Shown one piece after another: positions 28,032 through 38,253 of a stretch of DNA of 52,304 bases. Position 1 is the stretch's first letter, and each line of letters starts with the position of its first letter. A model generated the notes under the pieces. The model was not told where the DNA came from and did not search any database. It saw only the letters and a program-made list of their open reading frames with translations. Source of the DNA: a virus (taxonomy: Duplodnaviria > Caudoviricetes); the IMG/VR virus record IMGVR_UViG_3300019458_000043, positions 1 through 52,304 of that record. The stretch is one strand, 5' to 3'. A program made the translations under genes and the position numbers.

Positions 28032-28526
28032 ATGGCACCTACAACTGGTTTCAACAACAAACTCTATCGAAACACCGGCAGCGTAGCCACCCCGGTATGG
28101 TCCGAAGTGAATCAGATCGGTGACGTTTCTATCGACGGCCTTACCCGCGGCCTTGCAGAGTTGAAGCGGCGGGCAACCCAGTTCACCCTCAACCTACCAT
28201 CACTCATCCAATCCATCACTGCTAGCTTCCGCTTGCATCATGGACTCGACAGTTCCACGTTCACGGCACTCCGACAAGCGTTCTTCGCCGCCACAGTCAT
28301 CGAGTGGGCTATCATGGACGGTGATATCGACGTAGCTGCCGCCGAAGGGTTGCGTATCCCTATGCTAGTGTCCGACTTTCCGTGGGAACAACCATTGGAA
28401 GACGTTTCGGGCCACGACGTAAAGCTGGCCGTCGGTTACATGACTAGTGGCGGCAATGAAGTTGTTCCATCTTGGCTAGTCGTTTCACAGAATCTCCAGT
28501 GGACAACCACCACAACCACCACGTAA
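28032..28526 (+). CDS. Major tail (tube) protein ending in TTTTTTT
   Basis: GFNNKLYRNTG..ATPVWSEV..IGDV...LRQAFF...VSDF...QPLED; AGGAG RBS; seven C-terminal Thr. Confidence 0.75.
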   Translation: MAPTTGFNNKLYRNTGSVATPVWSEVNQIGDVSIDGLTRGLAELKRRATQFTLNLPSLIQSITASFRLHHGLDSSTFTALRQAFFAATVIEWAIMDGDIDVAAAEGLRIPMLVSDFPWEQPLEDVSGHDVKLAVGYMTSGGNEVVPSWLVVSQNLQWTTTTTTT

Positions 28527-28564
28527 TAAAAACCAAAATCTCTAACCCATAGGGGGAACCACTC

Positions 28565-28906
28565 ATGTCCGAAAACAAGCCCAACGTCGAGAACGTACTT
28601 GCTCGACTCCAAAATCCTGGTGTCCAAGTACAACCCTTCAAGGTCCAGCACCAGGAGACGTTTCGACTCACAGCCGGCGAACTTCGCGGTGTCTGTAGCC
28701 AAAACCCAAAGCACCCCAAGGCTCAAGTCTTAACCGACGCTACCAAAGGGATGCCGGACGAACACTCGGTTGTCTGTGACCGTGTCGATCTTGAAGCGGT
28801 CATTGGCAACTACGATGTTGTCGAGGACCACGAAAGTGGACAGACCGAGGATGGCCCCGTTACAGTCGTTCGGAAACGACTGGGCGGCCCCCGGCCCCGG
28901 CGTTAA
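28565..28906 (+). CDS. Hypothetical protein
   Basis: AGGGGG RBS; lies in the tail operon. Confidence 0.6.
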   Translation: MSENKPNVENVLARLQNPGVQVQPFKVQHQETFRLTAGELRGVCSQNPKHPKAQVLTDATKGMPDEHSVVCDRVDLEAVIGNYDVVEDHESGQTEDGPVTVVRKRLGGPRPRR

Positions 28907-28956
28907 CTGTGTCGATTCTCCCCAAAGAAAACACCGGCGACTAGCTGGAGCTACTG

Positions 28957-30681
28957 ATGAAAATTCCAGAGTACCCCGAACTGGCAACAATCCAAGACGA
29001 TGACTTGTTCTATATCGTCGAGTATGTTGCTGGGAACTACGTGAGCAAAAAAGTCAAGGCTCTAACACTCCAAGAATACATCGAAGGTGTTCTTGGGGGT
29101 GGGAATGTGAGCAACCCGCTCACTGGCAACCTAAGTGCTGGGAACTTTTCCATCACGACTCTCCGAACCCTCACCCTCTCAAACGGGGGTGCTGGTTCCG
29201 CCGGTCAGACCCCAACGCTCGACGGTGCTGGCAACTTGACTTGGGCGACCCCGTCCGGGTCTGGTAACGTAACCAGCCCTCTCTCTGCTGCGTTGGATAT
29301 AGGAAGTTTTGGGATCGTCGGGTACACCGCCAGTCGTTTAGTGGTCACTAACGCGAACGGTAACATTACTGTTAGCTCCGTGACTGCTACCGAGGCGGGT
29401 CATCTCTCTGGTGTCACTTCCGCCATCCAAACCCAGATCAACACCAAAGCTGCCACTACCTATGTGGACGCTGCCGACACGATTCTGGACTCGGCTATCT
29501 CCTCGGAAGCCTCAGCCCGTTCCGCTGCCGACCTGACCCTGCTGCCCTTAGACGGCAGCCGCGAGATGACTGGCAACCTGAGTGCTGGGAACCAAACCTT
29601 GCTATACGTCGCCGGCATCCGTCTCTCCAGCGGCAACGGGACTGATGGCCAAGTCCCCATCGTGCAAGCCGACGGGAACCTTGCCTTCGGTGACATGATC
29701 GGGGGCGGCAATGCTACGCCCGGTGGTGGCAATACTGCAATCCAATTCAACGACGACGGTGCGTTTGGCGGTGACGAGGCACTGATCTCCTTTGACAAGG
29801 TTACAGGGACATTAGCGGTAGGAAATGTCACGATAAACGGTGGTGGAAACACCACTGTAACTAGTGATGATGGGCTTACTGTTAACGTCGGTGGCATATT
29901 AGTCAAAGGGCAGCCAGTAGATTCCAGCGGTTCTCAACGCTTGTGGTTCTACTACGACACACCGTTTGACCATTCCTTCATCATTTCTCGCGGCATTGAT
30001 GCTAGTACGATAGGTGCTCTACGCATCGGTGCCTACTCATCTAATGGCTCCGTTGGTCATGCGGTCGAGCTAGGAGCAGATGGAGTAGCCATTGGAGCTG
30101 GTGAGGATTACTACTTGCTACCTTGGGCTGACGGTGATGCTGGCCAAGCACTCGTTACCGATGGGGCTGGGACGGTGAGCTGGGCTAGTGTCGTTACCAA
30201 TCCGATGCTGACCGACTTCGGTATTGGGCAAGCCAGCCCTGGACCTGATTTGTGGGTGCATCTTGCTAGTGACATAAATCTTGGGGTACAAACTGCTGGT
30301 GGTGAAGTACAGATCGCTACGTTTGATGATGCCTACACCGGACAACCTTGTGGTTTCGGCTTTTATGCCGCTAGCCACAAATTTTTCGTCGGAAGTGATT
30401 TAGTGCTTGAGTTAGACGGCGGCGGTAACTTAGGTGTCTTCGACACCACACCAGTCGGACAACAAGCCTTGCTCACACCAACGCAGGACGACCTGACCGA
30501 CAGCACAGGCGGCACGCCTGGGACCACGCTCGCCGACTTCTCTGGTGGTATCGACACTGTAGATGCAACAACACTTCTCGATTGTATCGCTTCGCTTGCA
30601 GCACAACTCGCCAAGGTCAAAGATGACTTAGCGGCTGTTAACGATATTCTGATCGCTTTTGGCTTTGAGGCCGCAGCATAA
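28957..30681 (+). CDS. Fibre/spike-like structural protein
   Basis: Gly/Asp/Thr-rich with repeated DGAGNLTW/DGAGTVSW, LTGNLSAGN and IQFNDDGAFGG fibre motifs; C-terminal coiled segment. Confidence 0.7.
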   Translation: MKIPEYPELATIQDDDLFYIVEYVAGNYVSKKVKALTLQEYIEGVLGGGNVSNPLTGNLSAGNFSITTLRTLTLSNGGAGSAGQTPTLDGAGNLTWATPSGSGNVTSPLSAALDIGSFGIVGYTASRLVVTNANGNITVSSVTATEAGHLSGVTSAIQTQINTKAATTYVDAADTILDSAISSEASARSAADLTLLPLDGSREMTGNLSAGNQTLLYVAGIRLSSGNGTDGQVPIVQADGNLAFGDMIGGGNATPGGGNTAIQFNDDGAFGGDEALISFDKVTGTLAVGNVTINGGGNTTVTSDDGLTVNVGGILVKGQPVDSSGSQRLWFYYDTPFDHSFIISRGIDASTIGALRIGAYSSNGSVGHAVELGADGVAIGAGEDYYLLPWADGDAGQALVTDGAGTVSWASVVTNPMLTDFGIGQASPGPDLWVHLASDINLGVQTAGGEVQIATFDDAYTGQPCGFGFYAASHKFFVGSDLVLELDGGGNLGVFDTTPVGQQALLTPTQDDLTDSTGGTPGTTLADFSGGIDTVDATTLLDCIASLAAQLAKVKDDLAAVNDILIAFGFEAAA

Positions 30682-30700
30682 CCAACAAGAGGAGATCGTA

Positions 30701-30970
30701 ATGAAGTTCACCCTCGATGTACCGGACAAGATGTATGACAACCTGCTCCAAACATTCGGCTCCGAATCGGCCATCGTAGCCGGGGTGATTGATTGGGGGG
30801 TAGCAGCCGTTGCCGCCCATGAAAACAAGCAGGTGCGAGCAACCCGTCGAGTGGAGGATAGTGCGGCACGAGCAGCATCCGCCACCACGGCAAAGGCACT
30901 CAAACAGGCTGTTATCGTAACTAAAGAGGATGGTGAGGTAATCACCGCCCCAACCGGGAACATGACGTAA
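30701..30970 (+). CDS. Hypothetical protein (possible fibre chaperone)
   Basis: GAGGAG RBS; follows the fibre gene. Confidence 0.55.
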   Translation: MKFTLDVPDKMYDNLLQTFGSESAIVAGVIDWGVAAVAAHENKQVRATRRVEDSAARAASATTAKALKQAVIVTKEDGEVITAPTGNMT

Positions 30971-31010
30971 CGCTTTGGCAATAAAAACCACTTTCAGAAA
31001 GGGGAACCCG

Positions 31011-32384
31011 ATGAAACTTCTATTCACACTCTGTTTCGCCTTGTTGCCATTTGTAGTTCTGGCCCAAGACAACTGGCGACCGTCGGTTATGTCACCAGAA
31101 GAATTGGAGTGGCAACGCAAGACCTACGGCGAACCACCGGCTGAGGCTTATACCGCCATTGTCGATGGTTTCAAAACCACCCTCTCTCCTACCCAGCAAC
31201 CTGGGGTTTACGTCCCAACTCAAAAAGCCAACCCCGCCGTCGTGCGGGTTGGTTGCTTGGAGGGAAACAGTTGGTCCATCGGCTCGGGCACGTTGGTTGA
31301 CACCAACGACCAGCATGGTCTTATCGTTACCAACTGGCATATTTTCAGGGACAACCCTAGCGGTGCCATCCTTGTGCGTTTCCCAGACAAACGAGCCTTT
31401 TGGGCTAAGCGTGTAGGTGAGGACCGAACGAGCGACCTCGCTGCTCTGATTATCGAAAACCCTGGCGTTACCCCATTGCGTGTTATCCCCTACACCCCCC
31501 AAAGAGGAGAGAACGTTGCCATCGCCGGTTGGGGGGAACGCGGAACCTATAAGACCCAAACGGGGACTGTGTCCGACAAGTACGTTTCATTCGACGGTAA
31601 GAACTTTGATTGTCCTCAAATCTATGGGGCAGTAGCCCGGCAGGGGGATTCTGGTGGGCCAATTCTGACACCTGAGGATGAAGTGGTGGGGGTTCTCGCA
31701 GGCTGCGATGGTCGCCAGACTTGTGGGACGGGCGGGTATCGACTCTGTTCATTCCTTGCTCAGCATTCTGCCTATTACCGTTCATGCCCCGGTGGGAACT
31801 GCCCCCGACCTGTCATTGCGTCTCAGCCTCCGGCCAATTATAACTACTCCTACGATCATCGAAGGGGGCCGTTTGTTGGGCAGACCCAGGTTAGAGCGAA
31901 TGGTTCGACACCGACCCAACCAGCTCCGACTTACCAACCACCCCCACAACCAACCGCTACTGCTCCAGTAGCCCAACCTATCAAGGTTACACTGACTGAC
32001 GCGGACTACGAAAAGCTGGCCGGCCTAATCACCGAAAGAATAGCAAAGGATGGCCGTTTCAAGGGTAAGGACGGACTACCAGGTACCCCTGGCGAGAACG
32101 GGATGCCAGGGGCCGATGCAAAGATAACCGACGAGGTGTTAAACCAACTAGCCGGTAAGGTCCAAGCAAAGCTGGCTCCGATCACTTTCTATTTTGAAGG
32201 TGCGAGGGACAACGACGGCAACCCATCTATCCACCGCACAGAGGTTGTGTATCTCGGCGGGCACCTGAATATCCCAGCCCAACGGATGGAGATTGCTCAT
32301 CCGAACGGTGACAACTTTTATCAGGAGAAACCACTGGGCGAACCAATAGCCCTTGAGTTGGTGCCACGAAAACCCCCCAAGTAA
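31011..32384 (+). CDS. Secreted trypsin-like serine protease with Pro-rich linker and short collagen-like segment
   Basis: Signal peptide MKLLFTLCFALLPFVVLA; catalytic triad VTNWH / SDLAAL / GDSGGP; GKDGLPGTPGENGMPGAD. Confidence 0.85.
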   Translation: MKLLFTLCFALLPFVVLAQDNWRPSVMSPEELEWQRKTYGEPPAEAYTAIVDGFKTTLSPTQQPGVYVPTQKANPAVVRVGCLEGNSWSIGSGTLVDTNDQHGLIVTNWHIFRDNPSGAILVRFPDKRAFWAKRVGEDRTSDLAALIIENPGVTPLRVIPYTPQRGENVAIAGWGERGTYKTQTGTVSDKYVSFDGKNFDCPQIYGAVARQGDSGGPILTPEDEVVGVLAGCDGRQTCGTGGYRLCSFLAQHSAYYRSCPGGNCPRPVIASQPPANYNYSYDHRRGPFVGQTQVRANGSTPTQPAPTYQPPPQPTATAPVAQPIKVTLTDADYEKLAGLITERIAKDGRFKGKDGLPGTPGENGMPGADAKITDEVLNQLAGKVQAKLAPITFYFEGARDNDGNPSIHRTEVVYLGGHLNIPAQRMEIAHPNGDNFYQEKPLGEPIALELVPRKPPK

Positions 32385-32396
32385 ACGGAGGTTTGT

Positions 32397-32801
32397 ATGG
32401 CCGGTGAGGGGAACGAGGATGTAATACTGGAGGGAACCGCCCATAGCTCCGGGGTTTCGGAGCGACAAGACCCACTGGAAATCCCGGTTGGGGAACAATC
32501 GAAGGAGGATTCTATGGCTGCTGGTGATGGACTTGCGGGACCAACCCCGCAACTCGCGGAGCCGGGAAACCTGGCTGTCGCGATGTCTGTTTTGGCCCAA
32601 GGGGCCGCTGGTGCCGCAGACGCTCGTATGCGTGCTGCTGACCAGTTGGGTTCCGATTCTCAACGTATGTGGTCTATCGCGATGACAACGCCGACCGTCC
32701 TGGCTGGCCTTGGCTATCGTGCCGCGACCGAGTCCGGTTCCGGCCGCACTCGTGCGGAGACCAACAACCCGGCGAACACCGGGGCCGCTGGCAACACCTA
32801 G
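32397..32801 (+). CDS. Ala/Gly-rich hypothetical protein (second start possible at 32514)
   Basis: GGAGG before 32397 and AGGAGG before 32514. Confidence 0.6.
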   Translation: MAGEGNEDVILEGTAHSSGVSERQDPLEIPVGEQSKEDSMAAGDGLAGPTPQLAEPGNLAVAMSVLAQGAAGAADARMRAADQLGSDSQRMWSIAMTTPTVLAGLGYRAATESGSGRTRAETNNPANTGAAGNT

Positions 32802-32814
32802 TCAGGAGGCGACA

Positions 32815-33102
32815 ATGTCTTCCACTTCCGATATCGCCAAGAAAGCGGCTGATGATGCCATCGCTAGGATGCAAGTGGCCGATAACGAAGCCCTTGCATC
32901 CAGCGTGGCATTTACCCTTGGCCCCGACAACTTCCAACAATACTATGACAAGAAGGCGGCTGATGCCACAGCCCGCTTGGAGAAACTTTATGGGGAACTT
33001 ACCGGACTCAGACCCAAACCAATCTTCGACACTTCACAACCCGCTAAAACAAGCAGCAGAGTTGATAGCTCTGTGGGGGCCACAACTGTCCGCGGGGGCT
33101 AA
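32815..33102 (+). CDS. Hypothetical helical protein
   Basis: AGGAGG RBS. Confidence 0.6.
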   Translation: MSSTSDIAKKAADDAIARMQVADNEALASSVAFTLGPDNFQQYYDKKAADATARLEKLYGELTGLRPKPIFDTSQPAKTSSRVDSSVGATTVRGG

Positions 33103-33547
33103 AGCGGTAGGTTTAGAAGACCACCAACGAATGTTAAAGGATTTCCGAAACCGAATCGCCGACACCCACAAACTTCAGATGAAACAACTCGGTATGAAGG
33201 AGGATGAAGTAACCGAGGAAAAACCAGGAGAGGAGGACACTATGGGGGTTGCTCTAGCTCGAGACATCATTTACAACATCAATACCCCGACCACCCCACC
33301 ACCATCAGCAGAACTAAAGGGAGAACCCCAGGCAGCGGTTCCACTCCCACCAAACCCGGTAACTAATAAATCTCCTTGGTGGAAGCCTATGCTGCCTGCC
33401 GCTATCGGTGCCGGCCTCACCGGGATCGGCCTCGCGGGGTGGGATTGGCTCAGCTCATCTCCCCCAAAAGAAAACCCAGCCCCGGTCACAATCAACCAAC
33501 TTGATTCGTTACAGTACGACTTGCAGTTCGGGAAACCTTCCCGCTAA
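32990..33547 (+). CDS. Membrane-anchored Pro-rich protein
   Basis: TM-like WWKPMLPAAIGAGLTGIGLAGW; overlaps the previous ORF. Confidence 0.55.
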   Translation: MGNLPDSDPNQSSTLHNPLKQAAELIALWGPQLSAGAKAVGLEDHQRMLKDFRNRIADTHKLQMKQLGMKEDEVTEEKPGEEDTMGVALARDIIYNINTPTTPPPSAELKGEPQAAVPLPPNPVTNKSPWWKPMLPAAIGAGLTGIGLAGWDWLSSSPPKENPAPVTINQLDSLQYDLQFGKPSR

Positions 33548-33580
33548 TAAAATCCAAAAATTGCCACTAGGGGAACCATA

Positions 33581-34222
33581 ATGGGAACCGCAGAACAAAC
33601 CCGGCAAGTCGGGTACTCTTTTACCGACCGTAAAGGTCGAGTCTGGGATGTAACTATGACGCTGGCAGGGGCCAAGCGTATCGACAGTATGGACTATTCG
33701 GGCTACCTGGAGACAGAATTTTCCATCCTTCGACCCGACCGACAAACCTTCTACCAGCTAATGAGTAACGCCCCATTCATGTTCACCGTCATCTGGGCTT
33801 TGGTACGACCTCAAGCTATCACCATGTACCGACGGTTTGGGGATAGTACACATTCCGCGGTTGCAGATGATGTGGTTGCTGGTGCTACTGGTGCCAACAG
33901 GCTATTCCCTGTGGACCCTGATGCCGACGAGGAAACTGCCCAGATGGAATTTGCCGAGGCTATCGACGGGGCCGCTTTGGAGAAAGGACGGCAAGCCTTT
34001 TGGGGTGCTCTCTCCGATTTTTTCCCCGATCACAAGACCGTCTTATTAATGTTGATGAACCAACACATGAAAGCGATCAAAAAAGCGGACGGAAAACTAC
34101 AGGAACTGGAGGTCGAGATGGAAAGGATGGTGGATCGGGAGCTGGAAATGGGGATGGACGACCTTCGGAAGAGGTTAGCGACCCCCGGCGAGAATCGTGG
34201 AATGCCATCTATCAAATCATAG
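33581..34222 (+). CDS. Tail assembly chaperone (G-like)
   Basis: FTDRKGRVWDV...F.EAIDG.AL...AFWGALSDFFP; upstream of tape measure. Confidence 0.7.
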   Translation: MGTAEQTRQVGYSFTDRKGRVWDVTMTLAGAKRIDSMDYSGYLETEFSILRPDRQTFYQLMSNAPFMFTVIWALVRPQAITMYRRFGDSTHSAVADDVVAGATGANRLFPVDPDADEETAQMEFAEAIDGAALEKGRQAFWGALSDFFPDHKTVLLMLMNQHMKAIKKADGKLQELEVEMERMVDRELEMGMDDLRKRLATPGENRGMPSIKS

Positions 34223-34524
34223 GGTTGTTGGGGTGGCAACCTACTGGTCAGTTCTGGGATATGGATTTGCGGCAGTTGTATTTAGCCTACGATGCCAAAC
34301 TCATTGCTGACTGGGACCACACAGCCCTGCTCGCTTCTCTAGTCCACAACCTGTCGGTCATAGTTATTAACATAACCTCGAAACGAAAGGTAGAACCTAG
34401 ACCAGCAAGTTACTTCAACCCATTCCGCAAACGGCAACGACAAGGGATGGTACTATCAAAGGGGACGTTCGGAACTCTCAAATTATTGGGCCGGGCCTTG
34501 GCAACTCAAGGTATGCGAAGATGA
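34180..34524 (+). CDS. Tail chaperone T-like segment, probably reached by -1 frameshift
   Basis: Overlapping -1 frame WNAIYQIIGLLGWQP...LRQL...WDHTA...FNPF. Confidence 0.55.
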   Translation, partial: DPRRESWNAIYQIIGLLGWQPTGQFWDMDLRQLYLAYDAKLIADWDHTALLASLVHNLSVIVINITSKRKVEPRPASYFNPFRKRQRQGMVLSKGTFGTLKLLGRALATQGMRR

Positions 34525-35180
34525 ACTTTGCCACGCAACAATTTATTGGGTCAAGTGTGGGGTCAACGCTGGGTACCTTTGGCGGTCATGCTGCCCAATT
34601 CCAGTTCGGTATCGGCCCGTCTGCTGGTCGGCAGATCGTTGCTGGTCTTTCGGGTGGAACGTTGCGGCTGAACGTTCCGATCCAATTCAAAATCTCGAAG
34701 GGGATGATCTACTTTGACCGAAACATTATCCGTACCAACTGGAAGCGGATTAACCGCACACCACTCCAACGGGCTGCAAATCTGGTTCGGGTTATCGCTC
34801 GTCGTTCTATCCGTCACCGTCGGTACGGTACTACTTCTGCTCCCGGTACACCCCCATATTCTCATCGACCCGGCAACACACCCCCGTTTAAGATGATCTA
34901 CGCTGCCCCGACCTTTTGGGGTACCAACGCACAAGTTTTAGTTGGTATGGTGGGGTTCGGGTCACAACCTGCTGTTCCTGGTCTTCACGAACACGGCGGG
35001 TTTGCTATACGACAAGGTCCACCACGCTGGCGAACGATCCGAGGTAGGCGGGTATTCCAACGGGGAGTATCACGACGAGTTTACTACCCACCCCGACCGT
35101 TTATGTGGCCTGCTCTGTTGCACGCCCGACAATCCATCCCCCAAATGTGGCGAGGGATAACTGCCCGCCTAGCTGCTTAA
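34521..35180 (+). CDS. Neck/tail completion protein (HK97 gp10-like)
   Basis: Basic protein; ARRSIR...SAPGTPP...LHEHGG...YPPRPFMWPAL. Confidence 0.65.
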   Translation: MNFATQQFIGSSVGSTLGTFGGHAAQFQFGIGPSAGRQIVAGLSGGTLRLNVPIQFKISKGMIYFDRNIIRTNWKRINRTPLQRAANLVRVIARRSIRHRRYGTTSAPGTPPYSHRPGNTPPFKMIYAAPTFWGTNAQVLVGMVGFGSQPAVPGLHEHGGFAIRQGPPRWRTIRGRRVFQRGVSRRVYYPPRPFMWPALLHARQSIPQMWRGITARLAA

Positions 35181-35190
35181 GGAGATCCAA

Positions 35191-35463
35191 ATGCTCTTGG
35201 CCGAAACCAGCACCCTCGAAATAGTCCTGATGGTTATCTCAGCCTTGTTAGGTATAGGCTTAACGGCCGGGCTACCTTGGGCTTTCATTGTGGAGCGACG
35301 ACTTGCCAGAATCGAAGCCAGTTTGAACATCAGGCTCTCTGGGTTAGCTGACGACGACGCACGGGTTGAACTCTGTGTAACGACACTTGGTAGAAAGGTT
35401 GACGAACTTGCCAATAAGATAATCCATATCGAAGCTACGATTGAAACTAAATTAAAGGGGTAG
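35191..35463 (+). CDS. Single-TM plus coiled-coil membrane protein
   Basis: AAGGAG RBS; hydrophobic N-terminus followed by heptad repeats. Confidence 0.6.
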   Translation: MLLAETSTLEIVLMVISALLGIGLTAGLPWAFIVERRLARIEASLNIRLSGLADDDARVELCVTTLGRKVDELANKIIHIEATIETKLKG

Positions 35464-35466
35464 GGT

Positions 35467-38253
35467 ATGTCAACTGCTGGTTCTATCCGAGCTGGTCGGG
35501 CGTTCGTCGTTATCGAAGCTATTGATCGAACGGCTAGTGTCCTTCGCAGCGTTGCTGCTCGATTGGACCAGTTCGGTACACGATTAACCAACATCGGTCG
35601 TAACATCACAGGTATTACATTTGGGATGTTGCTGCCCATCGTAAAGGGTGCAAAAGACTTTGCTAACTTTGATGATGCACTTCGCAAGGTCGAAGCTCGC
35701 TCTCAAGGTTCTGCCGAAGAGATGGACAAAATCCGACAGCACGCAAAGGATTTGGGTGCTGCTACAGTATTTACTGCGTCCGAGATAGGTGAGTTGCAAG
35801 CCGTCCTCGCCCAAAAGAAATTCAGCCGACGTGAAATTACAGAAATGACCGAGGCGATCACTAACCTGGCTATTGCCGCCGGCGAGGGTGCGGACCGGAT
35901 GGAAGATGCCAGAGATGCCGCATACTTAGTCTCTGGTACCATCCGATCATGGGGCTTACAAGCCGAGGACGCTAACCGTGTTGCCGATCTGATGACCGCA
36001 ACGGTTACAGCTAGTAACTCCACCATGCGGGCCTTGATTACCACCCTCCAATACGCCGGCCCGGTGGCTGGTCAGGTTGGCTTATCAATGGAAGATACGC
36101 TTGCGATGGTGGCTGCTATCTCTCAACTTAACATTCACCCGTCTATCATCGGTACGTCAATCCGCAACATGGCTGAGTTTCTTACCGACCCGAAACGACA
36201 ACAGGAGTTTAACCAGACATTACAGAACCTGAACGGGTTGTCTGTAACATTTGAGGATATGAACCATAACCTGTTGCCTGTCCCTAGCGTTCTGTTCGCC
36301 GTTGGTGAAGCAATAAAGGATTTGGGTACAGCCCAGCAAATCGAGATGTTGCACCGCTTGCTAGGCACCCGTGCAGTATCCCCAGCCCTTGGTCTTGTTC
36401 GAGGCAAAAACCTGTTCGCAGAAATTAACGATCTGTTAAAGAAAGCTACTGGTTCCGCCCAGCGCTTCCGCGATATCATGTATGCTGGTGTAGGCAACGC
36501 TCTGGAACGTGTATTATCTGCCGCTCAAGCTGTTTCCATCGCTCTTGGCGAAGCTTTTGAACCTGCCTTGATACAACTCTCCAATACAACCGAGCGATGG
36601 TTAAACAATCTTATCGACTGGGTGGATCATAACAGGGGACTGGTCGCAGGTATTGCTGCCAGTGTTGTTGCTCTTTTTGCATTCGGTATCTCTTTAGTTA
36701 CCACTGGGTTGCTGGTAAAGCTCTTAGCATTTAGTATAGAGATGCTAGCTGCTGCTATTACCTTTCTCATGGCCCCGATCCATCTTCTTATCGCTTTCGT
36801 CCCAGTTCTCATAACCACTGTTATCTTCCTTACCAGATCAATCGCTGCTCTGGCAGTTACCATCACACTCTCATTGTTGACTGCCCTGCGAACAACTGCT
36901 GTCTTTATGGCAACTGTTCTACCGGGGTTGTTCGTAACTTTGATGGACTTAATAGGGAACCTGCTCGCCTTCGCTCTCTACCCTTTGATTATGGTTGTCT
37001 ATGCTTTGGGCCAGGCATTCTTCTGGTTAGGTCTTCTCGCAGTCCGTAGCCTTATCGGTACCCTTGCCCTACTGCCAGGTTTACTGATTAGTGTAGTCAC
37101 CACAATGGTCTCAGTCTTCGGTGCCGTTCTGTCTGCACTAATAATTGCTTTTGGTCCTGTAGCTGGGGTGCTGATTGCAGTTGCCGCAGTTGTCGGCATC
37201 GTACTCTTGAACGTAGCTGCCTTACAACAAATCTGGGGGCGTATGGGTGTGGCTGCCCAACAAGCCTCCGCTACTGCTGTTGCAAGCACCCGAGCACAAG
37301 CCGCAGCGACCTCACAATTTGGTGGTGTTACTCAAAGTGTCTATAATCGCATCTCGTCCAGCCTTTCCCTGTTCTGGCAGGATGCCCAAAAAGCATTCTC
37401 CTCTATAGCCCGTATTGGCTCAAGTGCATTCTGGGAAATAAAAGATGACGCTATGCTTGTATTCAACGGTATTATCCAGGCACTAGCAAAAGGTGACGTG
37501 GAAGCTGCTTGGGCTATTATCACGGCTGGTATCCAGTTGTTGTGGCAAGATTTAGTTGACGCTATCAAGGCCATGTGGGAGCAGCTCATGGCTTTTTTGA
37601 AACCGTACATGGATGTTGTGAAAAGTGATATCAAAAACGTTTCTAACTGGATAGTCCGTTTCTACTGGGGCGGTCTATTCACCGGCAACCCGAAACAACC
37701 TGCCGCCGCTGCCGGTCCTCTTATAGAGGATGAAGCGACGATGCGAAAACGGCACCTCACCGATGCTATCTCCGAGTATAATCGTATCTCTATGCTTAAA
37801 GATATGGTTGAACTAACTGAGGGGGAGTTGAACCATCTCAAACTTTTGAAACAACAAGTAGTGGAACTAGACCCAGCGGCCGGGAAGGAACTGGACCGTG
37901 CCGAGAAGCGTGGAGAACTTCGTAAGAAACTGTTTGACATCATCAATGCTACTCGCGACTTCTCCCCAAAGAGAACAGAGAAAGCCCGCAACGACTTTGC
38001 AGCTACGCTTGGTGCCTGGCAAAATCAGGTAGATGATATGGTCAACGAGGTTGGCATGACAACAGCGATGGCTCCTAACGTAGGACTGGAGCGAGGTAGC
38101 GTCGAAGCTGCCAAAAAGTTCAGGGAGAATCTGGCAAACAACGAGTTACTCCAACAGCAAATACAAGCCCAGGACGTTCAGAAGAAACAGTTGGATGCTT
38201 TGATGAACATCGACGAGAATACAAAGAAGATCGAAGCGATGGAGGGTGTATAA
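35467..38253 (+). CDS. Tail tape measure protein (TP901 core)
   Basis: AGRAFV; AKDLGAATVFTASE; LQYAGPVA; long hydrophobic helical region. Confidence 0.9.
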   Translation: MSTAGSIRAGRAFVVIEAIDRTASVLRSVAARLDQFGTRLTNIGRNITGITFGMLLPIVKGAKDFANFDDALRKVEARSQGSAEEMDKIRQHAKDLGAATVFTASEIGELQAVLAQKKFSRREITEMTEAITNLAIAAGEGADRMEDARDAAYLVSGTIRSWGLQAEDANRVADLMTATVTASNSTMRALITTLQYAGPVAGQVGLSMEDTLAMVAAISQLNIHPSIIGTSIRNMAEFLTDPKRQQEFNQTLQNLNGLSVTFEDMNHNLLPVPSVLFAVGEAIKDLGTAQQIEMLHRLLGTRAVSPALGLVRGKNLFAEINDLLKKATGSAQRFRDIMYAGVGNALERVLSAAQAVSIALGEAFEPALIQLSNTTERWLNNLIDWVDHNRGLVAGIAASVVALFAFGISLVTTGLLVKLLAFSIEMLAAAITFLMAPIHLLIAFVPVLITTVIFLTRSIAALAVTITLSLLTALRTTAVFMATVLPGLFVTLMDLIGNLLAFALYPLIMVVYALGQAFFWLGLLAVRSLIGTLALLPGLLISVVTTMVSVFGAVLSALIIAFGPVAGVLIAVAAVVGIVLLNVAALQQIWGRMGVAAQQASATAVASTRAQAAATSQFGGVTQSVYNRISSSLSLFWQDAQKAFSSIARIGSSAFWEIKDDAMLVFNGIIQALAKGDVEAAWAIITAGIQLLWQDLVDAIKAMWEQLMAFLKPYMDVVKSDIKNVSNWIVRFYWGGLFTGNPKQPAAAAGPLIEDEATMRKRHLTDAISEYNRISMLKDMVELTEGELNHLKLLKQQVVELDPAAGKELDRAEKRGELRKKLFDIINATRDFSPKRTEKARNDFAATLGAWQNQVDDMVNEVGMTTAMAPNVGLERGSVEAAKKFRENLANNELLQQQIQAQDVQKKQLDALMNIDENTKKIEAMEGV

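Noticed and set aside
32397-32801. RebB/R-body-like protein
   Set aside because: Only a vague AVAMSVLAQ resemblance; single copy and no other Reb features.
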